Shown in pieces: positions 1 to 11,040 of a stretch of 47,255 nucleotides of DNA. Each line of letters opens with the position of its first letter. Position 1 is the first letter of the stretch. The notes under the pieces were generated by a model that ran no database searches, was not told the origin of the DNA, and saw nothing but the letters and a program-made list of their open reading frames with translations. The stretch comes from Perkinsus olseni (taxonomy: Eukaryota), in assembly GCA_013115125.1 (NCBI GenBank), contig JABANN010000252.1, positions 1 through 47,255 on the forward strand. The letters are read 5' to 3'. A program made the position numbers and the translations under genes.

Positions 1-1004
1 AACTGACACCACTACGGTGTTAAACCCATTGCAGGTCAATGTAACGTCCTCATACACATGACCGTGCCGGTATCCAAGACGAGGTGAGAATGATGATCTT
101 CTGAGCTCAATATCTGTCTTATCGAATGCTCATGTTGAGACCAGCTGACTCAGTTTGAAAATGAGTTCCGAGGACAGCTTTATTTCAAGAGTCGGAGCGC
201 TCTCAAGTGATGAGTCAACATTCCGCTGGTTTATCGGCCTGTTATTGTTATTGCTACTCGATTATTCGTTCGACTTAATTGTAGAGGCAGAATCGTCCCG
301 CAATGCGCTTCTTGCTAAGTCCTTCTCATAGCATCAGGTCTGGGCTTTTCTTGGTACATGCGGGATACGGTATGTCATTGACCTTTTCGGTATAGTATCG
401 GCATGTTGTGTTGCGGGGGTCGAAGCTGCAACGGAGCTGTTAAGATCTGATGAGAACATCACCACTGCTGCTTCATCAGCGTACGCTTATATGATATCAA
501 TACCCACTTGTGCAGTTACGGCTGATTGCCCAGGCATCTTCTCTAGAGAGGGTCCATGTATATAGGGTCCACGCTGAAGACTTCGCGCCATCTTCTATGG
601 GCTTCATGCCGGACACTGTTCATGCTAGGCCTTCACGCTGGGGGGGGTCGGTCTCCATCGCGGGCGAAGTCAGGAGGAGTTTGAAGCCCTCTGGGTTCAG
701 TCTGCGTCGATTCCGTGCATACCAGCTTCCTTTGATTGGAGGGGATGTTGTTGCCTGGGTAAAGGAGCTCATAGCGCAGGTCTTGTCGCCTGAGGGGCAG
801 GGGCCGGTCTGAGATTAATATTTCGTGGCGCGTGATGGTCGTCCGTTGCCACGTGCTGTACTATTGATTCTATCCCTATGCTGCTTCTTGCAGCAGTTTT
901 ACGTCATTTATTCAAGCGCCCCCTTGCGAGCATAGTGGGGTTGAGCTCCCTGTCGGTGACCCTTCACACTGTCCCTGCTCAGTCGTGGTTTTTATATTCC
1001 CTTC

Positions 1005-2657
1005 ATGCGTTCCGGTGTCGCCTGTATGATCTTCGGCACGTCCCGAGCGGCCCTTGGAGTGGGGATGCCGGTGGAGGGCCTCGTGGACATGACTCGGTCC
1101 CGGGTGCTCGTACGTTTAGATACTCTCCAGCCTGCTCACAGCGATGGTGACGATGCCGTCTGCGATTCTATAACGGCAGGGCCTTCCTGCCCTCGGGGGC
1201 CCGACCGGAGCTCTGTGCTCCCTCGAGGCCTCATACCGGACTCCCTACGCTCGCGCGGTTTGGACGATAGGGGACTCTTCAAGGCCGTTGTGTCGGCTGT
1301 CTCCCCTGATGGTCTCAAGTCTGATGTCGGCCCACTGCCGAGAAGGCTGCCGCCACGTCCTTCGGCCGAGTTCCTGCGGAAGTCCTGGTCTGCTGGGGAG
1401 GGCGACCTAGAGTGGGAGTTGCTGGGGTCCGAGCCGTTGGATCGCGGCGGGGTCGAGGATGGCGTCCTTGGGGAAGTGGCACATAATGCTGTCCGGCAGG
1501 GGGCATTCCAAGTGGCCTTCAAGCGACCTGTTGTTCTCACGTCAATGATGGTTCGCATTGCGCAGCCGGAAGGATATGTTTTGGTTCGGGGTATCCTCCC
1601 AGGTGAGGATGAGAAGCTTCGGTGGTGGTGCGTGCTCACCGGCACTGGCGATCATAACGTCATCGAAGTGGCTCGAAAATTGTCTTCGATACCCTCTCGA
1701 TGGGGTACGGCTAGCATCCCGGTGGATGGCCTAGATATTGGCTCGGTCCGCTTTCATACGAACAGGCCTGTGAAGATACTCTCGATGGAGGCGGTTGTGG
1801 AGGGCCCTTCCGTGGAGGGAGGGGAGTCCTCAGTGCTGGTGCTTCATCAGGGTGGGGAGAAGGGGAAGGAGTTGGTCGGGTATGAGGGCCTTGTGGGTCC
1901 TAGGGCGCCCTATGTTGACATGGCTACTGTTATGAGAGAGGGTATGACGTGGAGGAAAGAGCAAGATTTGCAAGTTGTGCAAGATCCTCCAGCATTGCTG
2001 TTCTCTATGGACAAGCTTCGAAGGACGTTGGCGATTCTGGCCAGTTTAGAGAGCTCCTGCTGCTTCTGTGGGAACACGAGGAAAGATGCTTTGCGCACAG
2101 CGAAGGTTTTGGTGTCTCGGATGGAGCAAGTGGTGGGAACCCACTGGGGCCGCCACGCCGCTGCTAATATTGACTGCATCGTCGAATATGCTGTGGCCTC
2201 CGCTAAGAGCCACAATCTTGCATTCTTGGACGTTTTCTCAACGCAGAAGTGCGGTTGTGATGGACGACAGGAGTGCACCGCTACCTCCTCTGGAATCCAG
2301 CAGTCTTCGGAGGCCCTACTGAGGCGACTGGATTGGGTCGAGCGGGCCTTTCGTAAGTCCGGAGAGGCGGCCGAGGAAGGCCCACCGCCCGATGGAGGAA
2401 GTGGTGACATGAAGGACATCATCGCGGCAGAGGTCTATGAGCCGTACAGCCACCACCGTCTGCATCGGGCCTCAAGGTAAGATTCTTGTTTTGAGATGTT
2501 TTCATTCGGTATCCTCAGGTCGGGCATCTCAGCGACGGAGCTGCTTGACTTCCTCGAGGACATGATGGCCGATGAGGGTACAGCCCCGCCGTCGGACGTG
2601 GCCGGGTGGAAGCGAAAGCGGGCCCGCCGACGTCGGGCTAAGAATGATAAGCGCTGA
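1005..2657 (+). CDS. Hypothetical protein (~535 aa, 2 exons) with basic NLS-like C-terminus
   Basis: The 491-codon ORF ends at a GT donor (2477). A 42-nt GT-AG intron (2477-2518) joins it in frame to SGISATELLDFLEDMM...WKRKRARRRRAKNDKR* (stop 2655-2657). No family recognised; start codon uncertain. Confidence 0.55.
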
Positions 2658-3053
2658 GACATCGTTTTTGATGACTTTCTCCGTGACATTGTCACGGTCG
2701 TTATTCGCCCTCCGTGTTTACCGCATGTTATTCGCTGTTCTTCACGTTGATGTTGTTCTTGAGTTCCCGTCGGTTCTTCAATATCGGTTAAGAATCACTT
2801 AGTCGCTCACGTAGGTCTGATGGGCGGCTAGTGACAGCTCGGACTTGGGACCCGGCCGAGTGAACGTCTTACATCACGATCAGCATCATCCACTCCTAGA
2901 GGGTGGCCCTTGCCGTGTAGCGGCTATAGACTCCCTAGGGCGGCAAGGCAAACCCTGAGCGGAGCTGTTTCGCTCAGAGTGAGAGAACGATTTGATTACC
3001 GCTGATAGTCCTTTGTCCTCACTTGAGTAGCAGTCGGAGTTTGTTTGGGTTGA

Positions 3054-5653
3054 ATGGCGACCAGCTCCATGGTTTGTGATGATGATGCTGCTTCCGTTGA
3101 GCATCTTAAGTCGGTTGCAAAGGCCATTTTCGGGTTCGACGATTTGAAGCAGGAGCAGATAGAAGTGATGCAGGCCTTGATGAAAAACCATAGCGACGTT
3201 TTCTATGCTTTTCCCACAGGTAAGCGTGGTCGTGTCTGTTGCCCTGATCGATCAGTGAACCCTTTCGAAAGTTCAAAGCTCGTTACCGTGTAGCCTGTAG
3301 AATAGATGAACTCACTCTCATGATATGGACCTCAGGCGTAGACGATTCTTAGACGACCGACAAAGACCGTATCGACCGTCTAAGAATCGTCGTCGTGTCG
3401 TTGAGCTCTCTACCGCACGGGAGCGAGCGCGTAGGGCCACTTGCTTACTCTTGGTCGTCTCTTCTATCAATTACTCGTCCCACTTGTTGTTGTTAGGTGG
3501 CGGTAAATCCCTGTGCTACCAGTTGCCAGCGCTGGCGTCCTCAAGGCCGGGCTTTGCCTTAATCGTCAGCCCCCTCATCGCCCTCATGCAGGATCAGTTA
3601 CACAAGCTGCGAGAAGTCCTCAGCAGCAGCCTCAACGACAACAACCCTCAGAGTAGTTGCAATTTCGTGGCGCAGTGAAGCAAGAGCGACCCGGCTTCAG
3701 ATCGATTCGGGCCGTCTTCCTGCGCTGTTTTGAACTCGTCTATAAGTCCAGCCGAACGGGAGGTGCTCCTCCAGGACTTGCAGCTCGAAACACCTGCAAC
3801 TCGCATAGTGTAGGGGTGGCCTTCCACGGCCGACGCGAGGACGCCTGTTGAGCCAGGTACATTACCCCGGAACAGATATCGTCGGAAGCCTTCAAGGTCA
3901 TCCTGGGGAAGGTGGCTGCCAATAAGACGCTCCTGTATGCTGCCATTGATGAGGCCCACTGTATCTCACAGTGGGGCCACGACTTTAGGCCGGCATATAG
4001 GTGGGGCTTCGGGGTCGTTTGAAAACCGATTCTGACCTCAGAATCGATTTTGGAACCGCATTCTACGCATAAGAAGCAATTCCAGAATCTATTCTGAGTT
4101 TCAGAATTGTTCTATTTTATGGGGGCTTGGTATCGGATTCATTTCGCGGCGCAGTGACGCTTGTTGTTTCAGACGGTTGCGAATATTCCGAGACCTTTGT
4201 CCGGGTGTACCATTACTTGCATGTACGGCTACTTCAACTCCGAAGGTTCGGGACGACGTCATCCAAAGCTTGAGTACTAGTCAGTGATTCCCCTGCCTTC
4301 TTCGCTGAGCTCCTCGTCGTCCTCAGGGATGCACGACCCCAAGATCGTCGCAATGTCCTTCGATCGACCTAACCTCACCTACAGTATAGTCTTTAAAGTA
4401 GCATGGCAGAGGGCGTGGGTGGAAGCACTGCTGTTCGTGTAGGGTGACGAGGATGATGGCATGGACAAGATCGTGCAGGTCGTTAGAGAGGCCCAGGTGG
4501 ACGGGCCTGACTCAACTGGGCTTGTGTGAGCTACTCGTGAAAGTCCAGGGTCAACCTAAGATACCAATCGGTGGTGCTTCTCTCAGATATTGTTTTAGAC
4601 GGGCAGATTGTGAGAAGGTGGCATCGCGGCTGCAGGGGGCTGGTATCAAAGCAGGAGCTTATCACGCAGGCATGCCCGATAAACAGCGTAGGCTTCGGTC
4701 TCCGCGGTGACTCCCCGCTACGCACCGGTGGACAGGGGCGAAGATTCAGAACGACTGGTTGAAGGGAGGGTCAGAAGCTCCTCGGGTGCTGTGTGCGACG
4801 ATCGCCTTTGGTATGGGAGTTGACAAGGTGAGTACTGGCCGGCCGCGTTGGCGTCATTTGCCCCACTGTCAGGCTAACGTCCGGTTCGTCATCCACATGA
4901 CGCTGAGCAAGACGATCGAGGGCTACTATCAGGAGAGCGGCAGGGCTGGCCGTGATGGCAAGCCCGCGAAATGCGTGCTTCTCTACAGCAACAATGATGC
5001 CGGGCTGCTACGATGGTTTATAGGGAAGAAGTTTGAGGATATACGCAAGAAGAAGAAGGAGAAGGCTGAGGAGTGGAAGGGGTGGGTTTCTGCTTAAAGC
5101 CGATTGGAGTTTCCTTCTACTGTCGTTGCTTTGCAGTTGGAATCCGCGACAACTGGAGGAACAGGAGCGTCGAGAGCTGGAGGCATTCGACCTGTTCACG
5201 ACCTATGCGACAAAGGCCTCCTGTCGACGAGAATTCCTCTTGGGTCACTTCGGCGAGAAGCTAGCGAGCAGACGAGGCCCGTCGCGAAGGCAGCACTGCT
5301 GTGATTTTTGCAGCGACCCGAGCGCGGTCCAGCAGGCGACGCAGAAGGCCCTACATCGAAACAGAGGGGGACTGCGAACCCATCCGAGCTTGGCCACCCC
5401 GGCAAAACGCCCCTTCAACTACGAGTACGACAACCGCTCTACCAGCTCGTCCGTCGGCTACTTCAAGCGTTGTCGATCGGAGAGCTCGACCTCCAGCACA
5501 TCCCCGCTGTCGTCAGAAGTATCCAGGGTTGCAGCGAGGGCTAAGCGCGGTGGCACGATATCTATGCTTGGAGCGTTGATGCGGGCGGAAGAGAAAGCTT
5601 CGACGAACTCCAAGGCCGGTCACAAACGGAGCCTACGAGAACGATTCAGATGA
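3054..5653 (+). CDS. RECQ: RecQ-family ATP-dependent DNA helicase (multi-exon, no evident HRDC domain)
   Basis: Spliced motifs: [16 protein letters not shown] (intron 3220-3496), [35 protein letters not shown] (intron 4001-4172), [37 protein letters not shown], and RQC zinc site [12 protein letters not shown]...CCDFC. Confidence 0.95.
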
Positions 5654-5871
5654 CTGTCTGTTTGTATTGCTAAGTGCTTGAATGACGTTGTGTGTTGGAG
5701 GTCTTCTTGTAGTCGGGAGCCGCTCTCGCCGCCGAGTCATTTTTGGGCGAGCGCTAAAGTAATTGATCATGATGATCTGGTGTTGATGCGTTAATAGTGA
5801 TCGAGCCTTGCAGCTCCTCCTCTTGTTGTTAGTTTATTATAAGTATTGTCATCATCACCAATCACCGTTTG

Positions 5872-7230
5872 ATGACCCGTGCTGCTGCACCGCGTCGTTC
5901 AGCTCACTCTAACGTCATGACCCTCGCTGCTGCTAGTGCTGATGATGATGAAACCACTACGATGATGATGAGGGTGTCCCGTCGGAAGCTGTCTCTCGAG
6001 CTGGCCACTCTTGAGAGGAAACTTGTCGGTCGAAGCCTTTCTGTGGTCTCCGACGTCTATGAATTCTGCAGTCAAAAACGGCCCCTTGGATTCACTGACT
6101 TCCACGTCGTCATGCCGGACCTAGGCGATTACAACACAGTCCTTGCTAAGCACTCGGACGACTATCAACGAGACCAAGTGGTCTACGCTGAGCTTAGAGA
6201 AAGCAATGTCACTAGAGTACGTCTGCTGAGTATGGTCACGCCCTTCTGCCCTGCTCAACATGAAGAGAGGAAGTCCGGTGCCGCCGAAGAGCCCCTGGGC
6301 GGGGTAGCGATAGACCTGTTTGATGTGAAAGATCTCATCGTGAATACACTCACTGTGTCGGCTGACGGGTTTATCTACTATTCTCGCCGAGAGTACCGCG
6401 GTGGTCTGTTCCGGTATGATCTTGAGACAGGCCGGACGTCCTGGTGCAAGGTCTTGCCTACAGTAGCAGCACAGCCCTCAGAGTACCAAGTCAACTGGGA
6501 TAGAGTAACCCTCGCCCAAGCTGGAGAGTCGGGCCGTCTATACTTGGCTGATGATCGAATGATCTTCCTACTCAGGCAAAGGCCGTCAGGAGATGAGGAG
6601 GGTTCGCGGCACAGCCCAGCGCTCAGAACTGCATTCACGTGTCACCCGATGTTCCCTGTTGTCAACGGCCGGGCGGAGCCTGTCATTGGAGTGCATAGAA
6701 TCAAGACCAATTCCGGGCACTCTGTGATGAGGCATTGTTTTGGTGGGAAAGTGTATGTCGGTAACACCCTGGTTGCTCAGCTGGATGGCTCTAGCCGTCT
6801 CTGTTGGCTGGGTGGTTGTCATGAATTGCTACTACAGTTCTCCTGTGCCAGTGGAGAGGTGACAGCGTACAGGGTAGTTGACAACTGTACCCGCTTGACG
6901 GAGCAGTTCACGAGTCATTTACCGCGGCGATGGTGTCGGAGCGCTGAGGGTATCGCCTGTGTCACGCCTGGAGGGAAGGTTTGCATTCTGGGGGTGGGCC
7001 CTGGCTGGAACTCGCTGGTATTTGAGATGACTTTAGAGTACCGAGGTGGTGATAGGCCCGAGTGCCCTGTTGATTCTAGTGGTCAAGTGGAGGCGCTGGC
7101 AAGGCGGCTGCGACGGCACAGATTCGCCTCTTCAGCGTCGACTGATGACACCACCGGCAGTAGCAGTCCTCGTAGCGAATGGCTTATCATAGCGGAGCCC
7201 CAGGTGGCCCCTTTAAATGTTGATCCATAG
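5872..7230 (+). CDS. Hypothetical protein, 452 aa, apparently intronless; possibly beta-propeller-like
   Basis: Long uninterrupted ORF. Segments such as TVSADGFIYYS, GGLFRYDLETG and GRLYLADD resemble propeller blades (inference). Confidence 0.6.
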   Translation: MTRAAAPRRSAHSNVMTLAAASADDDETTTMMMRVSRRKLSLELATLERKLVGRSLSVVSDVYEFCSQKRPLGFTDFHVVMPDLGDYNTVLAKHSDDYQRDQVVYAELRESNVTRVRLLSMVTPFCPAQHEERKSGAAEEPLGGVAIDLFDVKDLIVNTLTVSADGFIYYSRREYRGGLFRYDLETGRTSWCKVLPTVAAQPSEYQVNWDRVTLAQAGESGRLYLADDRMIFLLRQRPSGDEEGSRHSPALRTAFTCHPMFPVVNGRAEPVIGVHRIKTNSGHSVMRHCFGGKVYVGNTLVAQLDGSSRLCWLGGCHELLLQFSCASGEVTAYRVVDNCTRLTEQFTSHLPRRWCRSAEGIACVTPGGKVCILGVGPGWNSLVFEMTLEYRGGDRPECPVDSSGQVEALARRLRRHRFASSASTDDTTGSSSPRSEWLIIAEPQVAPLNVDP

Positions 7231-7909
7231 ACCAACAACAACAACAACACGATGTTGCTTTTCAATTCCGTAGACATACTATGCTTATACAGAGAGATAG
7301 CTTTTGGTCATGACCATAATGGTAGACTGGGGGCTACTCTTCCTTCTCACGATTGTTACCCATTTTGGCGCGGTGGGGGTTGCTGATAACCCCAGCACTG
7401 ATAGAGCTGTAGTAGTCGATAGATAGCAAATAGAAGGGTTGGTGCGTCGTTGGCCCCCCTTTACCCGAACATGAGTTGTCTTTCCTATTACCATCATTAA
7501 CGACTCCGACTTTTTATGAACTACCATTCGACATCGATGGTGTCGAACATTCTGTTTGGTTGGTGCTGCTGCTGCTTCTCATGTGAATATGGTCCTCACT
7601 CGAAGCCTACTGTGACACTTGCCTTTTTGTCTTGCTGCTGTTTGCTCTGGTCCTCAGAGACTTTTCATTCCTTCTCCTGCTGCTGGTCGTGTTGATACTG
7701 CGGAGGTCCTGATGGTGGCGGAAAGACTCCTCTCCTCCTCACACCGTCATAGAAGTAATAACAACAATCCTTAGTAGTAGTCACTCATAGTTCAACTACA
7801 ATCATAGTACGCCGCCAAGCCTTGTGTTCGACAGTGGTCATGGAAGGGGTACGAGTGCCGTACGACTGCTGCGAAGCCGAGTATGTATCGGGTTTGTAAT
7901 GTCTGATAC

Positions 7910-8655
7910 ATGCGGCTGATGGGAGGAGACCAGCCCCTGCACGCTGCTGCCCCGACGATCTTCCTGTCGTCCCCGAGGCCAATCATACACCCACCGTCAA
8001 TGACGTGGCCTGTTCTACCGGAGATGCCACATTTGACGCCTGTGAAGCTTCTACCGCTGCCGAGGGAACATCATCATCATCATCATCATCATTATCCAAC
8101 GCACGTGGGCAGATCTCACAGTGCCCACTTTGGAGGGCTGGAGAGAGTCCGACCGGAGGAGCTTGAGAGCCTGGGTATATCAGCGGCCTCGGCACTGGAC
8201 AAAGCGGTGGTAGGTGGGCCTGACTGGGTTGGCGCTGGGGGGGGGGGGTGATTGTGTGGGGTAATAAGCTGTAGGTGGTGGTCGCAGGGTCCTCGGGTGA
8301 CCGACAAGTTAGTCTCTGCCGGGGTCCCCTCGCTCGGTCGTACTAGGTGGTCGTGAGGTTCCGCTGTCTCGTCTGCTCAGAAGCATTCCCGCCTGGCCGC
8401 ATTGAGAGGGTTGGTGATGTCGCAGCACTTGGCGACTGCTGTGGATAAGTCCATGCTGGCCGCTACAGCCGCCAATCAAGAGGTCAATCACTCTGAAGGG
8501 ACCCCGGCCGCTGCCCAGTTTCCCAGCAACTGGTGGGCACCGGCATATGGCAGTAGGACTGCATCGAGTCCCTCAGGTATGCCACAGGCTTACCAGCCGA
8601 GCTGCAACGCCGTCACCTGGCGCCCTTTGATTGGTCGTTGCCTCCGCCCGGACCA
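7910..8655 (+). CDS. Low-complexity Pro/His-rich exons, possibly the N-terminal extension of the downstream PP2C
   Basis: ORFs 7910-8251 (His8 tract from (CAT)n) and 8402-8659 lie on the same strand as PP2C. The splice path to PP2C could not be resolved. Confidence 0.35.
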
Positions 8656-9115
8656 GTAGGCAGCCACCTCTTCGTTAACAACGCCCTTATGAGTTCGGGA
8701 GATGCTTTGGGTGAGAGGGGAGCCTTCGGCTGATGAACTCGGAGGGGCTGTTGAAAAAACCATACCGAAAAAAATAGCGTTTGTCTTGGACGAGTTGGTA
8801 GGGCACGGCCATACGATGGTCTGCTCCTACTTCTGGGGTTCACGGCAGGTATTGCCGTGACCTACTTCTTGCCCAATTTCGTGGCTCGCAGTAAAGGAGG
8901 CAGCCGCTGCATGGCCTGCTGCTTCCTTTGATGGTTTGGGTAGTAGTGATAGCACGGGTTCATGACGGTGTTCTGACCATGCCACGATCTCTTGGAGGTC
9001 TGCCACTAGCCGTCCTTGTGTTGTTAACGCAGTAGCGGGGGGAATCGTCAGCGGACCTGGCAGTTGGCTCACAGTCGTCGTCGCTGACTACCATTGGTCA
9101 GCTACTTTTTGGATC

Positions 9116-10764
9116 ATGCCTGCATGGGAGGAGGCCGATAGGGCTGATGAGGAGTCCACGCCTGCCCATCACAGGGGGGCTAGGCTGCACGACCCGACCT
9201 CAGTGCGAGGAGTTGGGGTGGCTGATGATATCGGTGCCAGACCGGACATGGAGGACTCCTACGTCTTCATAGACGCTTTTGGTGGCAAAAGCAGCTCGGC
9301 GTTTATGGCGATGTAGGTCATGATTCGGGGGAGGGTCCTTGGAAGGTGTGGGATCCGCAGGCGTCACCCATAGATACGACGGCCATGGTGGACGCCGGTG
9401 TGTTGACTTTGTGTCCAAACGCTTGCATGAGGAAGTGTTGAAGAACCTGACACTAGATCCGCCTCCAGAGCCACCGGACGAGGGCGAGAAAGAGAAGGCG
9501 GGAGGACCCACCCCTTGGGCTACCATGACCTTCACAACGGCCATGTCTTCTGGTGGGCTGCTTCGGATGGCTGCAGTGGAACCGTGTCGAATGCCAGGAT
9601 CGACCTTGGATACGCGGCCTCAGTATGTCTACGCTACTGAGGCCTTAGTAAACGCCTACACCCAGACAGACGAGGCCTTTCGGAATGAACTACAGTCCTT
9701 GGAAGGAGGATGTAGGCCACGGCTGCGAAGTGGAGCTTTCCTTGTGCATCGTGCTGTACACTGTGAAGTCGCCGCGTCGCTCAGCAGAAAGGGTGCCGCC
9801 GCCGGCTGTCATCACGCCAACAGTGGGCTTCGAGAGATCTTCCAGATGCCAGCCGCTGCTGCCTTGGCTGAATCATTACTCCCTCCCTCAGGCACTGCCG
9901 TCACGTGCTTAGTACAGTATGAATTCGGTGGCGACAGGACTCTCTACTGTGCGCATGTTGGTAAGGGAATCTTGAGCTCATCATGGGCAGTTACGGGTTC
10001 AGGAGATTCCCGAGCGGTACTGTGCAGGGGTCGGAGGGCTCTGCGATTGACTAGTGATAGCGACCATAAGGCCACTGACCCGGTAGAGGTGGCCCGGATA
10101 ACTCAGAAGGGAGGCAGGCTAGGGGTAGGCAGGCCGGAGGACATTGTTATCATCGTGAGCAGGTATAGTGGTGAATGATCGGGTGAACGGTATGTTGGCA
10201 ATAGCACGGGCATTGGGAGACTTCCAATTGAAGCGGACGATATCGGCCGAGACGGTGGCCCGAGCGGCGAAGGCCCGGGAGGAGGGGAAGGAGATGCCGC
10301 CGGTCTTTGGTAATGTGGCTGGTCACCAGTGGCGTATTCGAGGTTGATGCTGGCAGGAAACGTTACTGATATAGTGTCCAACATCCCTGATGTAGCCAGC
10401 ATTGTTCTGAAGGAAGCTTCGGACCACTTCTTGATCCTGGCCTGTGATGGCGTCTGGGACGTCATCACCGACCAGGAGGCGGTACGCCGGGCTATAATTT
10501 CATGGCGCGCGACATCTCTGCCATGTGGTAGGTTGACTTAGCGCTAGAGGTCCTCTCCAAGCTCACACAGGCTCAGTTGGCCACACCCAAGGAGGGGAGG
10601 AAGTGGCCGATGCGGTGCGGGACTGTGGCTCAAGTCACAGCGACTGCCTTGGTACGGACACCACCAGCGACGGCGGCGGCGTCCACTGGCCCAGTGGTCA
10701 GGTACAGGAGGCCTTGAGTCGAGGAAGCCTGGATAACGTTACAGTGATGATAGTGTTGTTGTGA
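9116..10764 (+). CDS. Protein phosphatase 2C (PPM family), multi-exon; true start may be upstream
   Basis: Motifs GARPDMED, YDGHGG, GTAVTCLV, CAHVG|DSRAVL, DHKATDPVEVARI, RVNGMLAIARALGD, FLILACDGVWDV and GSLDNVTVMIVLL* (stop 10762-10764). Confidence 0.93.
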
Positions 10765-11040
10765 GCAGCAGCAGCAGCAGCAGCAGCCCACCCTCCTCCG
10801 CATGCGTCGTTTCGCACGTCCACTGATTATCCAGTACAATCCACCTGCTGCTGTTGTTGAGTACAGTACGGCTCACTTCTGGCGGGAACGGCTGGACCCG
10901 AGAGGATTTTCGGGCGCGCGCGGTTGTCGGCGCAACTACTCGCGGCGCCGAAAGGAGCCCAGAACGCCGTGAGAACGGCCGTCCGACCTCTCCCAGGCCC
11001 CACTCTCTTTTTTTTTCTACTTCAAGCCCCTCTCTCGGGC

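Noticed and set aside
447-480. CTGATGA core here (also at ~25488, and CTGACGA at ~28921) as a hammerhead
   Set aside because: None is followed by a stem II closed by GAAA and a stem III.
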